A program made the translations under genes and the position numbers. The notes beneath the pieces are model-generated. The model ran no database searches, was not told the DNA's origin, and saw only the letters and a list, made by a program, of their open reading frames with translations. Shown here piece after piece: positions 56,421 through 64,000 of a DNA stretch of 64,000 nucleotides (positions are counted from its first letter, which is position 1; each line of letters starts with the position of its first letter). Source of the DNA: Chloroflexota bacterium (GTDB lineage: Bacteria; Chloroflexota; Limnocylindria; P2-11E); the NCBI GenBank assembly GCA_005887995.1, contig VBJD01000025.1, forward strand, positions 18,386 to 82,385, given 5' to 3'.

Positions 56421-57640
56421 CGCGTCGCGCCGGCCGCGCGGGCCGCGCCGAGCTGACGGCGTCCCCACGCGACGTTTGCCGTCGCGGGTAGCTCGAGCAG
56501 AGCGGGTAGCGGGTCGTCGAGCGCGAACACCGCGCACTCGATAGGCGGTCGCAGCGACCACAGATAGTCGATGAGCGACAGTTCGCCGTGGCGGAGCGCG
56601 CCGATGGCGGCGGGCACGTCGGTGAGCGCGCGGACCCAGCGCACACCGGCACGTGCGCGGACCTGCGCGACCGTTTCGCCGTGCACCATGCGCCACAGCA
56701 GATACGGAAAGTCGACGCCGGCAGCGCGCCCGAGGCTGTGCCAGCCCCAGACGCGCGGATTGATGTCGAGCAGCTTGAGCCGTCCGTCGCGCTGGTCGCG
56801 CTTGAACTCGAGCTCGACGATCCCGTCGAAGCGGAGCGCGCTGAGGATGCGCCGCGCCGTCTCCTCGACGTCGGGCGCCTCGATCGTCTCGACGAACGTG
56901 CTCGCGCGACCGAAGTCCATCGGCCACTGCCGGGTACGGCGCGCAGCAAGGCACGCGAGCGGCTCGCCGCGCCGGCAGAGCGCCGCGTAGGACAGTTGGG
57001 TCTCGCCGCCGCCGGGGATCTGCTCTTGGATCATGATGGCGGCAGGGTCGCTCACCGCCGCGGCCTCGTCGTAGCGCGCGACCAGCGCCGCGCGATCCGC
57101 CGCGGGCCACGCTTTGTCGATCGTGAATCGATCGAGCGCTGGACGGATCGCGGGCTTGAGGATCGCGGGGAACGGCCCGCCGTAGGCGGCCACGTCAGCG
57201 CGATCGCGCGGATACCACGTAAGCGGATGGTCGACGCCCACGTCGGCCGCGAGCCTGTACGTCAGCCTCTTGTCGTAAGCGTGCTGGAGCACCTCCCATG
57301 GCACGAGGATGCTCAGCCGGTAGCGCTGCGTGAGGGCGTCGCGGTTGCGCGCGATCAGGGCTGCTGCCTCCTCGCCGCCGGGATAGAGCGTCCATCCGCC
57401 GAGTCCGCACTGGTGGGCCAGCTCGATCAGTCGCGCGACCTGATCCGCTTCGGCCGCGGCCGGCCAGCGGATGGCGCGCCGGCAGAAGCGTGACCATCCC
57501 GCGAGCAGATGGTCATCGGTCAGAACCCAGACCGGTACGCCGCGCCGACCGAGGCTGCGCACGAGGCCGAGGCTCTTGTAATCGCCGCCCATCACGAGCG
57601 CGCCTGGGTGCATCGTTGCGCGCACACGCAGGGGGGCCAT
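56417..57640 (-). CDS. ATP-grasp enzyme (D-aspartate-ligase-like carboxylate-amine ligase)
   Basis: LGLVRSLGRRGV, DKR.TY..A, ILKP, IQEQIPG and ELEFKRD.RDG..KLLDINPR motifs. Confidence 0.88.
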   Translation of the reverse strand: MAPLRVRATMHPGALVMGGDYKSLGLVRSLGRRGVPVWVLTDDHLLAGWSRFCRRAIRWPAAAEADQVARLIELAHQCGLGGWTLYPGGEEAAALIARNRDALTQRYRLSILVPWEVLQHAYDKRLTYRLAADVGVDHPLTWYPRDRADVAAYGGPFPAILKPAIRPALDRFTIDKAWPAADRAALVARYDEAAAVSDPAAIMIQEQIPGGGETQLSYAALCRRGEPLACLAARRTRQWPMDFGRASTFVETIEAPDVEETARRILSALRFDGIVELEFKRDQRDGRLKLLDINPRVWGWHSLGRAAGVDFPYLLWRMVHGETVAQVRARAGVRWVRALTDVPAAIGALRHGELSLIDYLWSLRPPIECAVFALDDPLPALLELPATANVAWGRRQLGAARAAGATR

Positions 57641-57643
57641 GGC

Positions 57644-58858
57644 CTAGTGGGCGGCGCGCTGGAGCTTGACCGCGCCCTCGGTCTCGGTGCGCGCGGTCGG
57701 CGCCTCGGTCGCTCGGCGCGTCACCATCCGCGCGGCGAAGGCGGTCCCCGACACGAAACGGAGCAGTGGGCCGAACGAGTACATCGCGGGCGCGCCGACG
57801 AAGTGCAGCCCGGGGACCGAAGACTCGAATCCCCGATCGAGGATGGGCTGCCCGTCGACGCAGCGCACGCGCGCGAGGAGATCCGGGGCGAGGAAGCGGT
57901 ACTGACGGATGTCGACGCCGTAGCCGGTCGCCATGAGGACGTGATCGACCGTACGCGTGCTGCCGTCGTCGAGCCGGAGGCTTACCCGGCCACCGCGCCG
58001 TGCCGCGTAAACGACGGACCGTCCGGCGGCGATGACGAGGTTGCCCAAGCGAGGCCGCAGCCAGAGCGACGCGCCGGGCGCGAGCGCGCGCCGCGTGACG
58101 TCGTTCTGCACCGCCCGCGGGAGCATCCGCACAAGCGACGGGTGTGCTACGAGGTGGCTGATCAGGGCGGGGCCCACGTCCGTGCGATCGAAGAGCAGCG
58201 GGCCGACGACGCCGTCGCGCGGCGCGCGGCCTACCCAGCGCAGACCGGGAGCGCGCATGACCACCTCTACCTCGGCACCGTTCTCCTGGAGTAGGACGGC
58301 ACTCTCGATCGCACTCTGACCGCCGCCGATCACCGCGACGCGACGGCGCGCGAACGGCGCGAGGTCCGCGTGGTCGACCGAATGGCTCGCAAGATCGGGA
58401 GAGAGGCCGTCGAAGACCGCGGGCCTCGCCGCGAAGGGAGCGATGCCCGCGGCCACGACGACACGCGGGACCGCGACTATCTCGCCGTCCGCGAGCGTGA
58501 TGCGGAAGGTCGCATCCTCCGCGTCGATGCGCGTGACGGTTCGCGTGTCGAGGTCGGGCAGCGTACGCGCCTGGTACCAGCGGCCGTACGCGACGAAGTC
58601 CGCGATGGGGATCGGACGCGACAGGTCCGCCGGCTGCTCGCGCTCGTAGGCGTCGAGGCTATGGGCCGATGCCGGATCGCCGATATGTGACGCCGGCCAG
58701 CTGCTCCGCAGGCACATCCCCTTCGGCATGTGCTGCATCCAAAACGACATCGTGTCGCCGAACGTGCGCACGTCCACGCCGGCGCGGCGGAGCTCGGCCG
58801 ACACCGCGAGCCCGTACGGACCGGCGCCGATCACGATGGCGTCGAACGTCCGGGTCAT
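57644..58858 (-). CDS. FAD/NAD(P)-dependent oxidoreductase (flavin monooxygenase-like)
   Basis: IGAGPYGL, MPKGM.LRS, IGGGQSA.E, ATGY, FESSVPGLHFVG and FGP..RFV.G motifs. Confidence 0.85.
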   Translation of the reverse strand: MTRTFDAIVIGAGPYGLAVSAELRRAGVDVRTFGDTMSFWMQHMPKGMCLRSSWPASHIGDPASAHSLDAYEREQPADLSRPIPIADFVAYGRWYQARTLPDLDTRTVTRIDAEDATFRITLADGEIVAVPRVVVAAGIAPFAARPAVFDGLSPDLASHSVDHADLAPFARRRVAVIGGGQSAIESAVLLQENGAEVEVVMRAPGLRWVGRAPRDGVVGPLLFDRTDVGPALISHLVAHPSLVRMLPRAVQNDVTRRALAPGASLWLRPRLGNLVIAAGRSVVYAARRGGRVSLRLDDGSTRTVDHVLMATGYGVDIRQYRFLAPDLLARVRCVDGQPILDRGFESSVPGLHFVGAPAMYSFGPLLRFVSGTAFAARMVTRRATEAPTARTETEGAVKLQRAAH

Positions 58859-60168
58859 CCTGCCCGCCCTTCGTGCGACACCCAGTCACGTGTCTCCCAG
58901 GACCGCACGACGAAATCGCGAAGGGTGAGCGCGTCAATGTCACCGGTGACGGCGAGCGCGCTCCGCGCGCCGTCCGGCCAGCGCCAGACGCGGACGAGCG
59001 GGCCGGTCCCGGACTCGATCGCGTCGAGCACCGCAGCCTCGGACCACGCTGCGTCAGAGCAGTCGACGTATGCGCCAAACCGTTCGCGATCGTCGGATAC
59101 CTCCGTCGCGAAGCCCTCTTCGGCGACGAATCGCAAGAGGTCCGGCGGCGATCGGCGCGACACGCCGACCATCGGCAACCGCGCAGCATCGGCCTCGAAC
59201 ACGCGCCGTTCGCAGCGCGAGTCGCGCCCGTACCACGGCGCCGCGGGCACGTCGAGACCGCGGACCAGAAGCGTCGCCTGGGGATCCGCGACCAGCGACA
59301 CGCGACAGCGCCCGGACGCCGCGGGCATCACGCGCAAGGAGAAGCCCGCGCGGCGAATCCACCACGCGGCGAGGTCGTCGAGACAGGCGACGTGGACCGC
59401 TGGATGGTGTACGCGCGCGGATGTGAGGCAAGCCTCGAGCGCCTGCCCGAGCTCGCTCACGCGCTCCGGATGCAGCTGGATCGTGAACAGGTCGCCGCGT
59501 CGATAGGTGAGCTCGAGGATGTGCAGCCATTCCGCGGACAGAGCCGGTTCGGTGACGCGTATGCGATCGAGGAGGATCTCGTCGTCAGGCACCGCGACCG
59601 GGATATCGACGAGGCCGTCGCGCAGTCGCGGCCGGACGGCGACCGCGCGCGCGTCGACCGCGCTGTAGAGCCGCAGCGCGAGGGCGTAGCGCGACGCCGC
59701 GGCCGCGTCGAGATCCGACGAGAGGAGCGGGAAGACCACGGCTTGGCTGCTGTGGTAGCGCAGGCCGAGGGATCGCAGCACGTCGAGGGTCGCGTCGTTG
59801 TAGCGAAGGTACGGCCCTCGAAATCCCGAGGCACGGAGCCCGCTCCGGCCGAAGAGCTCCATCGCACGCGCGATCGTCGCGCGCTGACGCGCGTGATCGA
59901 GCGCGGCGTGATCGCCGTGTACCAGGCCGTGCAGCGCCAGCTCGACGCCGCGCTCGGCGTAGCGGCGGAGCAGCTTGGGGTGACGCTCCAGGACGCAGGC
60001 GGTGGTCGGCCACGTCGGCCGCACGCCGTGCGCCGATGCGAGCGATTCGTAGCGGTCCAAGCGGCGCGCCATCGCCGAGGTGGTCGCGCCGAAGCGCGAG
60101 ACGACCCTCGCGGTCCGGGCGATCGTGCCCGCCGCCCCACGGCTCTGCAGACTGACCGCGAGACTCAT
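58855..60168 (-). CDS. Polysaccharide deacetylase (CE4/NodB-like), apparently circularly permuted
   Basis: ELALHGLVH, GFRGPYL, DIPV and QLHPE motifs; WP.G..SALAVTGDID lies at the C-terminus. Confidence 0.8.
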   Translation of the reverse strand: MSLAVSLQSRGAAGTIARTARVVSRFGATTSAMARRLDRYESLASAHGVRPTWPTTACVLERHPKLLRRYAERGVELALHGLVHGDHAALDHARQRATIARAMELFGRSGLRASGFRGPYLRYNDATLDVLRSLGLRYHSSQAVVFPLLSSDLDAAAASRYALALRLYSAVDARAVAVRPRLRDGLVDIPVAVPDDEILLDRIRVTEPALSAEWLHILELTYRRGDLFTIQLHPERVSELGQALEACLTSARVHHPAVHVACLDDLAAWWIRRAGFSLRVMPAASGRCRVSLVADPQATLLVRGLDVPAAPWYGRDSRCERRVFEADAARLPMVGVSRRSPPDLLRFVAEEGFATEVSDDRERFGAYVDCSDAAWSEAAVLDAIESGTGPLVRVWRWPDGARSALAVTGDIDALTLRDFVVRSWETRDWVSHEGRAG

Positions 60169-61388
60169 GCCTTCTCTGGCACCTCGGACCGCACGTCACG
60201 CGCGCTCTCGGAGCGCTCGCGCGACGCGAGCCGCTCCACGATCTCGAGGTAGCGCTTCGCCTGGTGCACCCAGCGATACGGCTCGTTGCGCGCCGTCGCG
60301 TTCCGCACGAGGCGCTCGCGCAGATCGCGATCCGCGTAGACGGCGTAGATGGCTTCGGCAAGCTCGCGCTCGTCCCCCGACTCGAACATCTGAAAACATT
60401 CACTGCCGAAATACGCATCGACCGAGCGCGTGCGCGAGATGATCACGGGCTTGTGGAACGCCACGAGGTCGAACATCTTCGTACAGAGCGTCACGTCCCG
60501 GAATGCGTCACGCCGGACGGCCACGACACCCGCGTCCGCAGCCGCGATGTGCGGCATGAGCGCCTCCATCGTGACCCAGCCACTGAAATGGACACGATCC
60601 ACGAGGTCGAGCTCCCTCGTAAGCGCCTCGACGGCCGGCCGGTGCGTGCCGTCGCCCCAGATCTCGAGCCGCAGGCCGGGGACCCGCTTCCTGAGCAGCC
60701 CCACGGCACGCACCACGAGATCGAGCCCGTAGTTCGGCTCGATCGTGCCGTGACAGATGAGCGTAAAAGCGTCGCTCCCCGGTGCCGCCCGGACGTGTCG
60801 CTCCGGCTCGAATCGTTCGTCGTCGAATGAGTTGAGGACTACGGCGATCTTCGCTGCCGGTGCGCCGCGCTCGACGAAGCGCTCGCGCATCTGCTCGGTG
60901 CAGGTCGTGACGAAGTCGGCGAAACGGATGCTCAGTCGCTCGAGGAACGACAGGACGCGGACCATCGGGTGATCGAGCGGCACGCCGTACTTGGTGGCCC
61001 CGTACTCGGGCATGCACTCGTGCAGGTCAAGCAGGACGCGAGCGCCAAAGAGCTTCGGCACGATCGCCGCGAACACCAGCCAGTCGGGCACCGACGTCGT
61101 CTCGACGACGCGATAGCGATGGCGCAGATGCAGCGCGGCGGCGAGCGCCGTCGCCACGAGCTGGAATGCCGCGAACTCGAAGAGGTAACGAAGCTTTCCG
61201 CCGCGCAGACGACCGATCGGCAGGTGATAGACGGAAACCCCGTCGGCGTGGTCGAAGAAGCGTTGATCCTCGAACTTCAGGCAGATCACGTCGACCTCGT
61301 GTCCCGCGAGGACGAGCGCGCGCGCCTGCCGGCTCACGCGCGAGTCGTATGGATAGTGCGAGTGGCTGATGATGCAGACCCGGGCCAT
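60165..61388 (-). CDS. Glycosyltransferase family 4
   Basis: YPYDSRV..QARAL, LDLHE..PE, HGTI...YGLD and KMFD..A..KPVI motifs. Confidence 0.9.
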   Translation of the reverse strand: MARVCIISHSHYPYDSRVSRQARALVLAGHEVDVICLKFEDQRFFDHADGVSVYHLPIGRLRGGKLRYLFEFAAFQLVATALAAALHLRHRYRVVETTSVPDWLVFAAIVPKLFGARVLLDLHECMPEYGATKYGVPLDHPMVRVLSFLERLSIRFADFVTTCTEQMRERFVERGAPAAKIAVVLNSFDDERFEPERHVRAAPGSDAFTLICHGTIEPNYGLDLVVRAVGLLRKRVPGLRLEIWGDGTHRPAVEALTRELDLVDRVHFSGWVTMEALMPHIAAADAGVVAVRRDAFRDVTLCTKMFDLVAFHKPVIISRTRSVDAYFGSECFQMFESGDERELAEAIYAVYADRDLRERLVRNATARNEPYRWVHQAKRYLEIVERLASRERSESARDVRSEVPEKA

Positions 61389-61410
61389 CAGGCGGCCTCC
61401 GCGGTGACGC

Positions 61411-61560
61411 TCACGGCGAGGAAACCAGGAACGCGAACTGCGCCGCGACCATCGCCGCCGCGAGGCAGCCGGCGAGCCACGGCCGCCTCGCCGCGGGGCT
61501 CCACGAGCCGATGAGGACCGCGACGAGCACGAGGGCGACCGCCAGAGCGGTGTACGGCAT
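61411..61560 (-). CDS. Small two-TM membrane protein (49 aa)
   Basis: Not in the ORF track: MPYTALAVALVLVAVLIGSWSPAARRPWLAGCLAAAMVAAQFAFLVSSP, with almost all codons ending in G/C. Confidence 0.5.
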   Translation of the reverse strand: MPYTALAVALVLVAVLIGSWSPAARRPWLAGCLAAAMVAAQFAFLVSSP

Positions 61561-61629
61561 CGGGACCCGACGCTAGAGCGACGATGTTGAGACGATGTGG
61601 TCGGGCGGGTTGACGGTGCGCTCTCGGCG

Positions 61630-62931
61630 TCATGCCGGGACTGTGGCGCCCTGGAGCCGTGCGAGGTCCACCGCGCTCGCCTGTCGCTCGTCCCGCAGAC
61701 CCACGAGTTCGCGCACCGCCGTCTGTGCCGTCGAGAGCGCGTGCTGCTCCTCGAGATACGAGTACGCCCGCGAGCGCATCTGCGCGCGGGCTTGCGCAGA
61801 CGTGAGCAGGTCGACGACGCGGGCTGCGAACGCCGCCGGCTCTGATTCGATGAACGCTTCGCAGCCGGACGTGATCGCCAGGCCCCAGGCGCCGTCGAGC
61901 GTGGTAACGACAGGGATCCCGTAGCGGAAGGCCTCGAGCAGCTTGATGCTGATCCCGAAGGCGCCGAATAGCGGCGCGATCATCACGGCCGAGCGCGCGT
62001 AGATCGTCGCGATGTCCCGTCGGAAACCGAGCAGCGTGATGCCAGGGACACGCCACGCCGGCGGCGCGATCTGCCGGCCCTCGGCATCCGTCGGTAAGCC
62101 CGCGCCGGCGATATCAAGCGTCGCGTGGGGCAGTCGACGGCGGACCAGCGGCCAGACTTCACGGCAGAACCAGTCAACACCGCGAAGGTTCGGCTCCCAG
62201 GTGAGATTCCCCGCGTAGCACAGCCGCGGCGCATTGCTGTCGCGCTTGACGGCTGGGGCGAGCGGGACGACGTGCGGCACGACGCGCGGCTCGACCCCGG
62301 CCAGCGCGCGGAACGCGCGTGCGTCGCTCTCTGAGATCGCCGCCACCGCGTCGACCGACCGAAGGAGCTCGCGCTCATACTGTGTGGCGGCGCGCGCTTC
62401 GGCCTGCGCCACGAGTCGCCGAAGGCCGTGCTGCCGGAGCGCGAAGTCGACGAAGCGGTCGCTCTCGACGTTGTGCTGGTCGAGGACGACGCGCGCCGTC
62501 GGCAACAGCTCCCGGACCAGCGGAAGGTAGTAGGCCATGCCGAGGCCGTTGATCCACACGACGTCGAACGAGCGGCCGGCGAGCTCGCGGCGGAGCGCAC
62601 GCCGGACACTGGGCGAGTGCCATTTCCCGGCCATATACGGGACGCCGCGAAGGATGCGCAGGGCCGCGACCCGTGGCACGTAACGACGATGGCGGAAGAG
62701 ATGCACCGGGTGGAAGACGGGCTCGAGGACCCGCAGCTTCGGTATCGCCCTCTCGAGCTCCGCCCGGCGATCCCGGCTGATCTGCTCCTCGCACAGGTAG
62801 AACAGGTCGATGCCGTCAACCTCGGCGAGTGACGAGAGAACGCGCAGTTGCGCGATCGAGCGGAGCCGTCCGCCGTCTCCCGCTGGCCACAGGAAGTCCG
62901 CCGACAGGTGGAGGATACGCACCCGTTTCAC
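61630..62931 (-). CDS. Glycosyltransferase family 4
   Basis: WP..DGG.LRS, DQHNVES, GNL.W.PN..G..WF...VWP and KLLEAF.YGIPVVTT motifs. Confidence 0.9.
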   Translation of the reverse strand: MKRVRILHLSADFLWPAGDGGRLRSIAQLRVLSSLAEVDGIDLFYLCEEQISRDRRAELERAIPKLRVLEPVFHPVHLFRHRRYVPRVAALRILRGVPYMAGKWHSPSVRRALRRELAGRSFDVVWINGLGMAYYLPLVRELLPTARVVLDQHNVESDRFVDFALRQHGLRRLVAQAEARAATQYERELLRSVDAVAAISESDARAFRALAGVEPRVVPHVVPLAPAVKRDSNAPRLCYAGNLTWEPNLRGVDWFCREVWPLVRRRLPHATLDIAGAGLPTDAEGRQIAPPAWRVPGITLLGFRRDIATIYARSAVMIAPLFGAFGISIKLLEAFRYGIPVVTTLDGAWGLAITSGCEAFIESEPAAFAARVVDLLTSAQARAQMRSRAYSYLEEQHALSTAQTAVRELVGLRDERQASAVDLARLQGATVPA

Positions 62932-62956
62932 TCTCGCGGCGCGCCTTGAGCGCGCA

Positions 62957-64000
62957 TCAGTCCGGCCATTGAGATGCGCTCGTCGTCTTCGTTTGTTGCT
63001 CTTCCGCCACGAACGCGGCGAGCCCGAGTGATGTCCCCAGGACGATCATCGTCCGGCTGTAGGTGAGGCCCAGATCCACGGACGAGAAGACCACCTGCAG
63101 CACGACCAGCGTGACGGGCAGCGCGACGACCCACTGGAGCGCTGGCGCGCTGAGCCGCCGGAAGAGGTCCGATCCGACGAGCACGGCGCGCGCGACGAGG
63201 AACCACAGCGCGAAGGCGCCGAGCGGTCCGGCCTTCAGCCAGAGCCAGAGCAGCGCATCGTGGGTGATGAATCGCCAGTACGGGAACGAGATATCGGCGA
63301 CGTCTCGTTCGAAGAGATAGCGCTGACCGACACCGACACCGGTGAGCGGCAGTTCGCGGATGGTGTATCCGATGTTCTCGTGCTCTGTGTCGCGAAACGC
63401 ATTCGAGGCTTGATCCACCAGGCTCGTGGCGGACGCGTCGACGACCGAGCGCATCGCGCGAAGCGGCTCCGCGGCCGGACCGGTCGCATCCCAGAAGATG
63501 AGGAGGTAGAGCCCCAGCCCGACGCAGGCGAGCGCCCCGAGCACCGCCGCACGCCGCGGACGCGTGAATAGAGCCATCAGCATGATCACAAGACACATGA
63601 CCGCGAGCGCGATAAGGCCGACGCGACGGTAGGCGACGAACTCCGCGACGACGAAGAGCGGCTGCAGCGCGAAGAGCACGAACACGAGCCGCGAGCGATG
63701 GCCGACCAGGACGGCCACGAGCGCCAGCGCGATCGCGGCGCCGATGAAGATGACGTCTTCGTGGCTACTGATCGTGCGGAGCGTGTAGGAGAGGTCCGCT
63801 GCCGCCTGACCATTCCCGAGGATCTGCACGGCCTTTACCGCTGACACGAGCACGAACAGCCAGAGGAAGACCGACAGTTGACGATGCTCGCGCACCAGGT
63901 TCGCGGTGAGGAAGTAGGCCAGCGCCAGCTGGACCGGCGCACGGCTCTCCGTCAGCGCGACGTCCGCGTTCCAGGAGGCCCCACGTGCCACGCCAATGAC
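62957..64000 (-). CDS. O-antigen ligase/Wzy-like polymerase; partial, 5' end beyond the window
   Basis: Multiple TM helices; R..E......I...PLTGVG.G and HDALLWLWLKAG motifs. Confidence 0.8.
   Translation of the reverse strand, partial: VIGVARGASWNADVALTESRAPVQLALAYFLTANLVREHRQLSVFLWLFVLVSAVKAVQILGNGQAAADLSYTLRTISSHEDVIFIGAAIALALVAVLVGHRSRLVFVLFALQPLFVVAEFVAYRRVGLIALAVMCLVIMLMALFTRPRRAAVLGALACVGLGLYLLIFWDATGPAAEPLRAMRSVVDASATSLVDQASNAFRDTEHENIGYTIRELPLTGVGVGQRYLFERDVADISFPYWRFITHDALLWLWLKAGPLGAFALWFLVARAVLVGSDLFRRLSAPALQWVVALPVTLVVLQVVFSSVDLGLTYSRTMIVLGTSLGLAAFVAEEQQTKTTSASQWPD

Noticed and set aside
1..64000. Prophage, transposase, integrase, defence system, tRNA or rRNA genes
   Set aside because: No ORF or sequence with the relevant motifs was recognised.

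Overview
High-GC bacterial chromosomal window. Gene content and order suggest Chloroflexota, possibly a Limnocylindria-like soil lineage (inference only). Positions 1-40.4 kb are mostly core housekeeping genes: nusA-ylxR-infB-rbfA-DHH-truB, yebC-ruvC-ruvA, an EF-G paralogue, tyrS, a class A PBP, mutS2/mpg, oppABC, and thrS-(GNAT)-infC-rpmI-rplT-pheS-pheT with two readable T-box riboswitches (Thr ACC, Phe UUC). Positions 41.5-64 kb hold a surface/exopolysaccharide region: GT39-like and GT4 transferases, wecB, two paralogous GH5 multidomain proteins, a flippase, a Wzy-like protein, and an ATP-grasp/FemAB-like/flavoprotein/deacetylase block. The most unusual signal is a family of short structured intergenic cassettes. 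They sit at ruvC/ruvA, oppC/mpg, pheS/pheT and DHH/truB, and one motif recurs in the thrS T-box. Two copies show compensatory base changes, and three carry filler mini-ORFs that overlap the upstream stop and downstream start codons, which would preserve translational coupling (MIRU-like logic). Other notable items: an orphan Flp pilin missed by the ORF track, a lipoprotein plus TasA-like secreted protein pair, a deacetylase that looks circularly permuted, and genes lacking canonical start codons. No CRISPR array, tRNA/rRNA gene or transposase was recognised.
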